IMG/VR virus record: IMGVR_UViG_3300036851_000534
Location: 1-63,946 of that record
DNA from: a virus
Taxonomy: Duplodnaviria; Caudoviricetes
Strand: one strand, 5' to 3'
DNA: 63,946 nt
Below are positions 53,943 to 62,287 of the stretch, piece by piece. Under the pieces are notes generated by a model. It had not been told where the DNA came from. It ran no database searches and saw nothing but the letters and a program-made list of their open reading frames with translations. The position numbers and the translations under genes are program-made. Positions within the stretch are counted from its first letter, which is position 1. Each line of letters starts with the position of its first letter.

Positions 53943-54398
53943 CTAATGGCCCGGAGAGTCGCCAAGCTCTCCGGGCCACTTTCTTGTGCCGGCGCCGCGC
54001 GCCGCTTCCTCCAGTTCGCGAAATAATGCTGCCGCGAGCAATTCGTCCTCCGTTTCGCGGTCGCGCCGCACCGCATGGATTCGCCTCTTTACGAGTGCCG
54101 GCGCATACTCATCGCCGCCCTCTCCTGGTTCCACGCGCCCCCGGACCGGGCGCCGGCAAAACCATGCTTCTTGGCGCACGAGGATATCGAGCGCTGTCCG
54201 GGTACGGCCGCGGGAGAGGTGGCTGAGGTCCTGGATTTGGGCCAGGGAGGCGCGCCACCAGTGCCTCCCCGCCCCTACGGTTTTGCCATAGAGCACGCCG
54301 CCGACCGCGCGTACGTCCGGATTTGGATGCTGGGTGATGCGGAAACAGAGTTCAGACAGGTCGGCCGGGCCGCGTCGCTCTCTATGCTCATCCGCCAT
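53943..54398 (-). CDS. Winged-helix replication-initiator-like protein
   Basis: KTVG...SL.QI...S.LSR...AL..L; repeats immediately downstream. Confidence 0.5.
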   Translation of the reverse strand: MADEHRERRGPADLSELCFRITQHPNPDVRAVGGVLYGKTVGAGRHWWRASLAQIQDLSHLSRGRTRTALDILVRQEAWFCRRPVRGRVEPGEGGDEYAPALVKRRIHAVRRDRETEDELLAAALFRELEEAARGAGTRKWPGELGDSPGH

Positions 54399-54401
54399 CG
54401 C

Positions 54402-54740
54402 CTATCGCTCCTGAGAGCCTCGCGCCGGACCGGCCATGCCGGGCGGCGGCTCCCACAGGATGTGAAAAACGTCGGCGCTCGCCTCGGCGACCCAGTTGAC
54501 CTCAGCGAGTCGCATCGCCGCCAGTCGGGTCCGCGCGAGGTTCAGGCCGCACTTCTCTGCCAGTTCGCCAACCGCAACGGTAGTTCCTGGTATGCCCGTC
54601 CGATTTTCCTCCATGAGGAGCCCGAGGAGCACGCGGAGCCCCTCGTCGGTAATGACATCGAGCTGCTCGAGCAGCTCGCGGGGGATCGCCACATACTCTG
54701 CCGCCCCGCCCTCGCTGTCTGTCGGTTTGCTGCTTGCCAT
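54402..54740 (-). CDS. Winged-helix protein
   Basis: ELAEKCGL...T..A..RL....WV. Confidence 0.55.
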   Translation of the reverse strand: MASSKPTDSEGGAAEYVAIPRELLEQLDVITDEGLRVLLGLLMEENRTGIPGTTVAVGELAEKCGLNLARTRLAAMRLAEVNWVAEASADVFHILWEPPPGMAGPARGSQER

Positions 54741-54814
54741 GATGTCCTCTCGTCGTCGTGATTGCGCTTAGGGCGCTGTTACTGCGTCTCATGGCTGCTT
54801 TCTTTCCTCTGGTC

Positions 54815-54852
54815 AAAAAAGGAGGCGCCCCCGGACGGGGCCGGTCGCTTCC
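54815..54852 (-). terminator. Intrinsic terminator-like hairpin
   Basis: GGAAGCG...CGCCTCC-TTTTTT on the minus strand. Confidence 0.5.
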
Positions 54853-54956
54853 GACGCCGCTACTAGACTGCCGGCCGGTATTATGCTAAAATGGAAACGT
54901 TACGCGATGTCGCTCTACGTTCGTCGCCCGGCAGACGCCCTGCCGGGCGGCCTTAT

Positions 54957-55532
54957 TCAGGCGGCCGCTTCCTCCCGTCCCTTGACGGCCTCGATGCGGG
55001 CGCGCAGCTCTCGGACCCTCTCCTCGTTCCAGGCGCTCGCCGGCTCCATCAACGCGAGCAGGGGTTTCAGCACCTCCGGATCGAAGTGCCGCCGCTTGAT
55101 CCACGGTCCGGTTTCGAGGCGCGCTTCGAGCCAGTCCGAGAGATCCCCAAGGCTAAAATGCCACAAAATCGCTCCGTCTCTCGGCACGGCCAGGGCGCGG
55201 AGCCGGCCGTCAAGGATCTCCTGGCGCAGATGCTGCTTGCTCTTCCCGACGAGCCGGCGGGCGACGACCATCGGGACGATGACATGGCGCATCGCCTTCG
55301 GCAGCCCCGTCGTGGGACTGCGTTCCGCCTGCCACCGAGCCAGGGCCGCGCGGTCGATCAGAATCGCCGGCTTGCCGACTTTGCCGGATTGTCGAAACCG
55401 ATACGGCACGCCCGCCGCCTGGAGCGTGCGCCAGAGATAACGCCGCTCAAGCCCCGTCTCTGCGACCGCCTCCGGCAACGTCAGCCACTCCGCCTGCGGC
55501 TCCGGAACCTGCCCTTGTATCTCCATCGGCAT
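54957..55532 (-). CDS. MerR/excisionase-like (HTH_17) DNA-binding protein
   Basis: WLTLPEAVAETGL; second unit ARRLVGKS...I.DGRL.A; AAAGGAGG SD. Confidence 0.6.
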   Translation of the reverse strand: MPMEIQGQVPEPQAEWLTLPEAVAETGLERRYLWRTLQAAGVPYRFRQSGKVGKPAILIDRAALARWQAERSPTTGLPKAMRHVIVPMVVARRLVGKSKQHLRQEILDGRLRALAVPRDGAILWHFSLGDLSDWLEARLETGPWIKRRHFDPEVLKPLLALMEPASAWNEERVRELRARIEAVKGREEAAA

Positions 55533-55549
55533 CCGCCTCCTTTGTTTAT

Positions 55550-55579
55550 ATTATACTTCACAAGGAACTCAAACGGCAA
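55550..55579 (-). promoter_or_regulatory. Early promoter TTGCCG-N18-TATAAT
   Basis: Member of the four-copy family. Confidence 0.75.
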
Positions 55580-55628
55580 GATGATGTTCCGGGGAGGAGT
55601 TTGCGCCTGCTGTGGCGTAGAGTGACCC

Positions 55629-56162
55629 ATGCCACGCTTGATACCGGTGGACTGGACCCCCGAGTGTCGTATGTCGCGTCTGGTAATCCACTGGACGGCC
55701 GGAGCCGGGGCTCCTTCGGCAGAGGACCTCGAGAGTTACCATATTCTCATCGATCGGGTGGGCCTCCCCCATCGCGGCGACCACAGCATCCGCGACAACC
55801 TCAACACCATTGACGACGACTACGCCGCCCACACGCGCGCCCTGAATACCGGCAGCATTGGCCTGGCGCTTTGCGGAATGGCCGGCGCAAACCGGGCGCC
55901 GTTTGCTCCCGGGAGGTTCCCGCTGACCCGCCCGCAGTGGAATAACGCGCTCTTGGCCGCGGCGGATCTCTGCGAGCGGTATGGGATCGCGCCGGAGCGG
56001 AACACGCTCCTGATGCATTGCGAGGTGCCGCAGGCGCTTGGGGTGGCGCAGCGGGGAAAGTGGGACGTAACCGTTCGTACGTGGGCTGGGCCGCCGGAGT
56101 ATGCCTCGCTCACTCCAGGGGAAGAGTTAAGGGTTCGGGTGAAGAAACTTCTGGAGGGGTAG
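55629..56162 (+). CDS. N-acetylmuramoyl-L-alanine amidase (endolysin)
   Basis: VIHWTAG, YHILI, AAHT..LN..SIG...C, Q, H.EV...KWD. Confidence 0.85.
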   Translation: MPRLIPVDWTPECRMSRLVIHWTAGAGAPSAEDLESYHILIDRVGLPHRGDHSIRDNLNTIDDDYAAHTRALNTGSIGLALCGMAGANRAPFAPGRFPLTRPQWNNALLAAADLCERYGIAPERNTLLMHCEVPQALGVAQRGKWDVTVRTWAGPPEYASLTPGEELRVRVKKLLEG

Positions 56163-56811
56163 TCTTTTGCGGACGACTACGAATGGGGGCTGTGAGGGCT
56201 TTCTCGATATCCCAACCGGCCTTTAGCCGGCCGTGAAGTCGCTCCGGTTCGAGTCCGAGTTCGTGTGCCCATTGGGAGACGGTCTGCCGCCGGCCGTCCC
56301 ACTCGATCCAGACGTTTCGGCGCGTGTTGTTGGTGTTCTCGCGTTGAGTGGTCCATCGGCAGTTACCGGGGGCGTAGGGGCCGGCGCTGTCGATCCGATC
56401 CAGTACGGCCTTCGGGAAGGGTTTGGGTCCCATGGCGCGCAGGAAGTTGGCGAAGTCATGCCACTCTTCGGCTACGGTGATCCCTTGGCCGCCGTAGAAG
56501 CGATAGCGATCATGGTTTGGATTGTAGCAACGGCGCATCATACGCGCCCACGTCTGGTACTCTACGCTGGGGGTATGCTGGCGAGTGTGGCCGTGGGTAA
56601 CGCTTCTCTCACAGCCGCAACTCTTGCTTTCTCCCTTGAGGAGGGAGAAGAGGAAGACTGCATGCTCCGTTCCGCAGGAGCAGCGACAAGGGATGAACCA
56701 GTGAAGCCGCTTTCCGCGCAACTCTCGAAAGGGCGTGCCGATGATTTCCCAAAGTCCGACGTGCGCCCCGATCTCGGGGGCTTTCTCATGCATTCGCAGG
56801 CGTCTTCCCAT
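56110..56811 (-). CDS. HNH-type homing endonuclease
   Basis: CRCSCG..SCGC; W..M..RC; YGGQGI.V..EW; LDRID..G.Y.PGNCRWT. Confidence 0.85.
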   Translation of the reverse strand: MGRRLRMHEKAPEIGAHVGLWEIIGTPFRELRGKRLHWFIPCRCSCGTEHAVFLFSLLKGESKSCGCERSVTHGHTRQHTPSVEYQTWARMMRRCYNPNHDRYRFYGGQGITVAEEWHDFANFLRAMGPKPFPKAVLDRIDSAGPYAPGNCRWTTQRENTNNTRRNVWIEWDGRRQTVSQWAHELGLEPERLHGRLKAGWDIEKALTAPIRSRPQKTTPPEVSSPEPLTLPLE

Positions 56812-56888
56812 CGCACTATCCTCCAATGGTAAGTTCGACGTATCCCCCAAGACTTCCTGTGTTTTACCGAGGAAAGTACAACGCCGGG

Positions 56889-56939
56889 ACTCCCGGCGAG
56901 GATCTGCGCCAGCGGGTAGAGTTGTTGCTGGAGGGGTGA
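56889..56939 (+). pseudogene. Orphaned original 3' end of the endolysin
   Basis: TPGEDLRQRVELLLEG* versus the current TPGEELRVRVKKLLEG*. Confidence 0.8.
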
Positions 56940-56950
56940 GGAGTAGATAC

Positions 56951-57184
56951 ATGCCGAAGATCACGAAAGCCAACGCCTTATGGCATGCGGAGCGCGTCGA
57001 GGTGGCGATTGACGGTCCCGGCCCCGGTGGCATCTCGGTGACGCTCGCGCGGCCCGGGGATTGGTGCGCCTATCTGGAGACGAGTGACGGTGAACTGGTC
57101 TTCAAGGCGTTTCTGACGGACCAGGAGTATCGGGAAAAGTTTGTGCGTGTCGCGGGCGGTAGCCTGGCGGCGGAGCGTCGTTAG
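56951..57184 (+). CDS. Hypothetical protein
   Basis: GAGGAG SD overlapping the orphan stop. Confidence 0.55.
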   Translation: MPKITKANALWHAERVEVAIDGPGPGGISVTLARPGDWCAYLETSDGELVFKAFLTDQEYREKFVRVAGGSLAAERR

Positions 57185-57438
57185 GGCGTGCCGCTCGTCT
57201 TCGCCTTGTGCTTGCGCCAGAAGTAGAGCCCCGCGCCGGCGGCTACCAGGAGCGCCGGGCCCCACGGGCCGGTGAGTGCCGCGAGTGCCATGCCGCTCGC
57301 GGCCGCGAGCACGTCTCGGACCTCCGGCTGTACCGTCACATCCACGGAGCCCTTCACCCCACTCGGGGAGGCACCGACTTCAACCTCCGCGTCGGCGAGC
57401 CCCGTCTTTAGCCCGCCCTTGAAATCTGCCCCGCTCAT
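57181..57438 (-). CDS. Small membrane protein
   Basis: Hydrophobic C-half, basic tail; AAAGGAG SD. Confidence 0.55.
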   Translation of the reverse strand: MSGADFKGGLKTGLADAEVEVGASPSGVKGSVDVTVQPEVRDVLAAASGMALAALTGPWGPALLVAAGAGLYFWRKHKAKTSGTP

Positions 57439-57485
57439 GTTAACAGTCTCCTTTCACCCAGCGCAGCGAAACGCCGCTCCCGACC

Positions 57486-57584
57486 CTACCGGGCCGGGAT
57501 CAACTGCAAATAGACCAGCAGCAGCAGGAGCGCCAAGCCGAGCAGCAGCCACGTCCCGCATGATAAGTTGCCCGGCAGCCGCAT
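57486..57584 (-). CDS. 32-aa single-TM peptide
   Basis: MRLPGNLSCGTWLLLGLALLLLLVYLQLIPAR; TAATG coupling. Confidence 0.45.
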   Translation of the reverse strand: MRLPGNLSCGTWLLLGLALLLLLVYLQLIPAR

Positions 57585-57679
57585 TATCCCCTCCCGTCGC
57601 GCAGACAGTAGAGGAACCAGAAGAGGAAGGCGAGCACCAGCCCCAGCGCCAGATAGCCGGCAAACGTTATCCAATCCAT
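57584..57679 (-). CDS. 31-aa single-TM peptide
   Basis: MDWITFAGYLALGLVLAFLFWFLYCLRDGRG; AAGGAG SD. Confidence 0.5.
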   Translation of the reverse strand: MDWITFAGYLALGLVLAFLFWFLYCLRDGRG

Positions 57680-57690
57680 CCCAGGCTCCT

Positions 57691-58389
57691 TTACAAGCGC
57701 AAGACGGTCATGAGCTTGAAACCGCGGTTCCCGACCCGACGAATGCCGACCCGCAGCATGGAGGAGCTGGTGCCCGCCGTCAGCCCGCCACCGACATAGA
57801 TTTCCTGGTGGCCGAGCCGGTTGCCGCGCTTGTGAAAAAACAAAAAATCCCCGGGTTTATACCACTGGTAGTAAGGCGCATAGCGCGTCGAGACGCGAGA
57901 GGCGACGATTTTTCCGCCCCGCCGGCGGAGCTGTGGATAGGCGACGTTGACCGCATAGGAGTGGCGTTTGCCGCCCGATTTCACCAGGATGTAGGAGGTG
58001 AAGGCGGCGCAGGCGACCCGGGGCGCGGACGGCAGAAACCGGGAGTTTCGCGGCATGGACGACGCCACGCGGCGGGCGGTCAAGCCGACGCGCGTGCCGA
58101 GCCGGGAATGCCTTGCCCGGGGATTGACCAGGCGCAGCGCTTCCACGGGCGCGAAGATGTCCGGCCGGCCCGGGACGAGCGACTTCAGCCGCATGGTTGT
58201 CTTGCCCTGCCAGGTGCGGAGGATCTGCTGTGGCGGCTCGAAAAACTCCCCGACCGGATAGCCCGGCACGGTCATGACCGGCTCTTTGGGTCGGGGAGCG
58301 GCTGCCGCCCCGATGGCCCGCAGCCCGTTCCCGCGCCCGCCGCACAGGAGTAGGAGGCCAACGAGACAGAGCCGGGGACAGTTGTTCAT
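57691..58389 (-). CDS. Secreted NlpC/P60-like (C40/CHAP superfamily) peptidase
   Basis: Signal-like N-terminus; CAAFTS...PGDFLFF...GH..IYVG.G. Confidence 0.65.
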   Translation of the reverse strand: MNNCPRLCLVGLLLLCGGRGNGLRAIGAAAAPRPKEPVMTVPGYPVGEFFEPPQQILRTWQGKTTMRLKSLVPGRPDIFAPVEALRLVNPRARHSRLGTRVGLTARRVASSMPRNSRFLPSAPRVACAAFTSYILVKSGGKRHSYAVNVAYPQLRRRGGKIVASRVSTRYAPYYQWYKPGDFLFFHKRGNRLGHQEIYVGGGLTAGTSSSMLRVGIRRVGNRGFKLMTVLRL

Positions 58390-60200
58390 CGTGCGGCCCA
58401 TACGGCGCACCAATAGGCGCCGTCCTGCGCGATTCCGACCTCCCGGTACTGGCTCCCCAGGATGATTGCCTTGTGGCCGGGGGAGTTCATCCACGCTTGC
58501 GTCACGGCGGCGGGCGTCGGATACCCCATCGCGACGATCTCTCCGTAGGTGCGCCAGGGATAGCCGGCGCGGGTGAGTCGCGCGCCGGGGTTGCTGCCGT
58601 CCCCTCCCGTGTGGCTCATCATCTGGCGCTTTCGCATGTCAGCAGCGTGGGCGATGGCCGCCGCCGTGAGCTGCGGATGGATCACTACCGCCGTGAGGCC
58701 CGCCTGCACCCGCGCGGCGTTGAAGAGGGAGAGCACCTCGGCTGCGATCGTCTCCGTTCCCGGATCGATCACCGGCGGCGTTACCGGCGGCGGAACCGGG
58801 GTGGGGAGCGGGCCGGGGGCGGGCGGCGTAGGCGGCGTCGGCAGGCCCGGCGGCGCGCCTTGCTTTGCCTGCTGGCAGGCGCCGGCCGCGTTTAGGAGCC
58901 CGGCGCCAAAACTCTCATCCCAGCCGGGCGCCCCCAGGTCGCGCGCCGTGCTCGTCAGGAGTGCCCGCACCTGCTCCATCGAGAGGTTCGGGTTGATCGA
59001 GAGGATGGCCGTCGCGGCCCCGCTTACGTGCGGCGTTGCCATGCTCGTGCCGGAGAAGTAAAAATAGCCGCTCTGCTGGTTGCTCTGGCCGAACGTCTGC
59101 TGGAGGATCTGGCTCCCGGGAGCCGTCAGCGTCAGCCCTGGCCCATACTGCGAGAACGACGCCCGCGCCCCGCGCGCCGTCGTGGCGCCCACGGAGATGG
59201 TCTGCGGATAGGCGGCCGGATAGGTGATCCCCCGCTTGCCGGAGTTGCCGGCGGCGGCGCAGATGACCGCGCCCTTCTGCCGGGCATACTCGATGGCATC
59301 CTTGAGGGTCTGGCTCCCGACCCCACCAATCGAGAGGTTCAGGACCCGGGCGCCCTTATCCACCGCGTACCGGATCCCCACGCCAATGGAGTAGTTGCTG
59401 CCCCGGCCCGCCTTGTCCAGCACCTTGACCGGCAGGATGGTGCTTCCCGGGGCGAGGCCGGCGCAGCCCCGGAGGTTGTTGGTGGTCTGGGCGATGGTGC
59501 CGCAAACATGGGTCCCGTGGCCGTTGTCGTCATTCGTGTTCGTGTTGTTGGCGATGACGTTCAGGCCCGACATGAACTTCGTCCCGGTCAGGTCCGTGCT
59601 CGTCTGCCGCACGCCCGTATCCAGAATCGCACAAATGATGCCGGTCCCCTGCGTCAGCGCCCGCACGGTGGGCAGACCGACGCCATAGAGCCCATCGGCA
59701 AAGCCCCACTGAAACCGCAGATAGGGGTCGTTCGGCGTCTCCCGGGCGTCCAGGGCTTTGGAGAGCGGCAGCGGCAGTTTCTCGGGCAGGCGGTATCGCT
59801 GCACGATCGGGAGCAGCGCCATCCGCACTTCCGGCTCGATATATTCAATCGGCAGGTTGACCTCGGCGAGGGCGACGAATCCCTTCCGGGCGATCGGTTT
59901 CACCAGCAAGTACGGCCCCGGCTTGAGCTTGCCGACGACGGTGACGCCGAGTACCCGGCTCACCTGCTGGATGAGGGCGGCGGTGCTGTTCTGGTTGAGC
60001 TTGACAATCATCCGGCCGGTGACGAGCGGGGTCTCGACCATGATCTTAGTCGGGGCCACCGGCATGCCCATGCGGATCATCGGCAAGGTCACCGGTGCCG
60101 GCCGTCGGCCGATGTAGGGCGGGACGAGCTGCTGGGCAGACGCCAGGCGAAAGAAGCCGGACGCCAGGAGCAGGGCGAGAATGGTCCCCCTAACGAGCAT
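58386..60200 (-). CDS. Secreted S8 subtilisin fused to a CAP/SCP domain
   Basis: ILDTG, NGHGTHV, AAAGN, SGTSMATPH; Pro-rich linker; H..DM...SH...WMNSPGH. Confidence 0.9.
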   Translation of the reverse strand: MLVRGTILALLLASGFFRLASAQQLVPPYIGRRPAPVTLPMIRMGMPVAPTKIMVETPLVTGRMIVKLNQNSTAALIQQVSRVLGVTVVGKLKPGPYLLVKPIARKGFVALAEVNLPIEYIEPEVRMALLPIVQRYRLPEKLPLPLSKALDARETPNDPYLRFQWGFADGLYGVGLPTVRALTQGTGIICAILDTGVRQTSTDLTGTKFMSGLNVIANNTNTNDDNGHGTHVCGTIAQTTNNLRGCAGLAPGSTILPVKVLDKAGRGSNYSIGVGIRYAVDKGARVLNLSIGGVGSQTLKDAIEYARQKGAVICAAAGNSGKRGITYPAAYPQTISVGATTARGARASFSQYGPGLTLTAPGSQILQQTFGQSNQQSGYFYFSGTSMATPHVSGAATAILSINPNLSMEQVRALLTSTARDLGAPGWDESFGAGLLNAAGACQQAKQGAPPGLPTPPTPPAPGPLPTPVPPPVTPPVIDPGTETIAAEVLSLFNAARVQAGLTAVVIHPQLTAAAIAHAADMRKRQMMSHTGGDGSNPGARLTRAGYPWRTYGEIVAMGYPTPAAVTQAWMNSPGHKAIILGSQYREVGIAQDGAYWCAVWAAR

Positions 60201-60517
60201 GAAAAACCCTTTGCTGGAGGCGGCGACTGGGAGCAACTGGCGGGGCCAGGGAGCCTCTCCCTCGCACTCACCGCCTCCAGCCGTAAGCATTATCCGTAAC
60301 TAACCCGCTACAGCAAGCCGTCGCCATCTGCCTTCCCGAGCGATTGACAGTACTGATTATTTAGTGATATGCCAGCGTACTGTCAGTGCGTCGAGGGACT
60401 ATCTGCCTGTCTAGACAGACACGGACGGCTCGCTAGGTGATTGTAGCATGGAGGCGAACAAAAGACGCAAACGCTTTTGGGGGGAGGGGAAGGGGCCGGG
60501 AGGGACCGGCCCCTTTA

Positions 60518-61042
60518 TCACGCGTCGGCGAGGAGCCAGGTAGCAGCGAAGCAGGTCGCGAAGTCGGCCGCGACGGTCACGACTTTCAGATCGAGGCCGG
60601 CGAGGGGCAGAAGCGCCGTCTCCAGGAGCGGGCGCTCGTGGTAGAGCGGGGCGACGGTCTCCTCCAGACTGTGGGCGGTCAGTCCCTCCGGCCGCTCGCC
60701 GCCGAAGGAAATCGCCAGCGCCGTCGTCAGTCCCCAGAGCCCCGGCCCCGGGTCGGTGTGGTGATGAATGACGACGTTGTATTGAAACGCCTCTTGATTG
60801 CGCCCGCCCACGCAGAAGAACAGCTCATACCCGAGCGCCTCCGGGAACTGTTTCGAGAGCCCCAGGCCCACCCAGAAGGGCGGCAGCCCCTCCTGGCCGT
60901 GCTCGACCTGCGCTTCTCCGGCGCGCAGGCGCTCGAGGAGACCGGCGCAGACGTCGAGCGCCTCCGGAGACAGCGCGCGGGTATCCCAGCGGCGCCGGGA
61001 ATGGACCCGGCCGGCCATGAGGGTATAGTCGTGGAAGATCAT
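60518..61042 (-). CDS. Hypothetical protein
   Basis: 174 aa; GGAGG SD. Confidence 0.55.
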   Translation of the reverse strand: MIFHDYTLMAGRVHSRRRWDTRALSPEALDVCAGLLERLRAGEAQVEHGQEGLPPFWVGLGLSKQFPEALGYELFFCVGGRNQEAFQYNVVIHHHTDPGPGLWGLTTALAISFGGERPEGLTAHSLEETVAPLYHERPLLETALLPLAGLDLKVVTVAADFATCFAATWLLADA

Positions 61043-61127
61043 GGGTCGATCCCTCCGTTGGTAGGGAAGGGAGGCCGGGACCGTCCCGGCATCGAGGGGC
61101 CGGGAGAATCCGGCCCCAGGGGCGGGA

Positions 61128-61343
61128 TCAGCGGGAAGGCTTTTGGACTTCCTCCGCCGCGTCGGCCATGTTTTCGATCAGTTTTTGGAGGCGAATCAGT
61201 CCTAAGGCACTGAGTTCCCGCTCCAGGTCGGCGAGATAAACGCGGCTTGACGGTGCCCATATGTGCCCTGTTGCCGTCTCAAAGCGATCCATCGCTTTCC
61301 ACAGCGCTGCGGCGCTGTTCTCTCGTTGGTTGATCTCGCTCAT
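61128..61343 (-). CDS. Hypothetical protein
   Basis: GAGGAG SD. Confidence 0.5.
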   Translation of the reverse strand: MSEINQRENSAAALWKAMDRFETATGHIWAPSSRVYLADLERELSALGLIRLQKLIENMADAAEEVQKPSR

Positions 61344-61400
61344 CGCTCGCTCTCCTCTCGGGAGGAAGGGAGGCCAGGAGCGTCCCGGCCTCGGGTGGGT

Positions 61401-61616
61401 TCAGGCAGGAAAGAGCTGGCTGCGTCGGCGCGCCTCGCGTTTGTCAGCGCGGAACAGGATGCGTCGGATACGATGCAGTCGGGTGTAGTCCCCTCCGCGC
61501 TCGTTCTCGTAACGCCATTCCGCAAGACGATCTCGCTCCGCATTCCGTGCATCCACCAGTCGGTCGCACAGCCCCATAGCCTGATCCAGAAGCCTTCCCA
61601 TCGTCGTCGTGGTCAT
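61401..61616 (-). CDS. Hypothetical early protein
   Basis: First gene after promoter 61665-61694. Confidence 0.55.
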   Translation of the reverse strand: MTTTTMGRLLDQAMGLCDRLVDARNAERDRLAEWRYENERGGDYTRLHRIRRILFRADKREARRRSQLFPA

Positions 61617-61664
61617 TGCTCGCTCTCCTCTTGAATGGTCGTCCGCTCTGTTTCTACTAAGTAT

Positions 61665-61694
61665 ATTATACCTCATTACCTTATGTGTCGGCAA
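61665..61694 (-). promoter_or_regulatory. Early promoter TTGCCG-N18-TATAAT
   Basis: Member of the four-copy family; overlapped by the inverted repeat TTATGT-N7-ACATAA. Confidence 0.75.
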
Positions 61695-61750
61695 CATAAT
61701 GGCGCGACATTTTTGTCCAAAACTGTCGCGGCCCGGCCGACGTTTGTGGT

Positions 61751-62287
61751 ATGGAACGGGAGGAGACGGGAGAGCAAGAGGGCGTCGTCCTTACCTTTCG
61801 CCAAGCGTGTGAGCGGCTGGGCTTGAGTGAGAAGACACTGCGAAAGCGCATCCGCGCCGGCATGGTCGAGGCGTGGCAGGTCGAGGGCGCCTGTGGCAAG
61901 GAATGGCGGCTCCGATTGCCGGCACTGGCCGGGCAGCCCCAGGAGATCCGGGAGCCACCAGCGCCGGAGCCCGAACCTCTTCCTGCCACCGGACAGCTCG
62001 TGGTCACTGACCCTACCGCCGTGCCGCTCTCGCTCTACCAGGACCTCCTGACGCGGCACGAGCAGGCGATGCAGCGGCTCGGGCGGCTGGAGGCGGAGAC
62101 GGCGCGGCTGCCGGCGCTGGAGGCGGGGACGGCGGCGCAGGCAGCGGAGGTCCGAGAGGTCCGGGACCGGGAACTGGCGCTCGTCAAGCAGCAGCAGCAG
62201 AAGGGCCTCTGGGGACTGGTAGGCTGGGGCGTGGCGCTGGCGCTGTTGGTGTCACTGGCCGGCGTGCTGTTACTCTTCCAGCGGTAA
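61751..62287 (+). CDS. MerR-like HTH + coiled coil + C-terminal TM protein
   Basis: LTFRQACERLGLSEKTLRKRIRAG; hydrophobic C-terminus. Confidence 0.7.
   Translation: MEREETGEQEGVVLTFRQACERLGLSEKTLRKRIRAGMVEAWQVEGACGKEWRLRLPALAGQPQEIREPPAPEPEPLPATGQLVVTDPTAVPLSLYQDLLTRHEQAMQRLGRLEAETARLPALEAGTAAQAAEVREVRDRELALVKQQQQKGLWGLVGWGVALALLVSLAGVLLLFQR

Noticed and set aside
54957-55532. Excisionase as evidence of an integration module
   Set aside because: HTH_17 domains are generic and no integrase is adjacent
8258-60299. Long antisense ORFs (e.g. 8258-9640, 14420-16030, 51386-53071, 59028-60299)
   Set aside because: Shadow frames of well-supported genes, expected at high GC; no motifs
60283-60300. 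Second dif-like site (GTTACGGATAA-TGCTTA, minus strand)
   Set aside because: Only one arm; no XerD-like half
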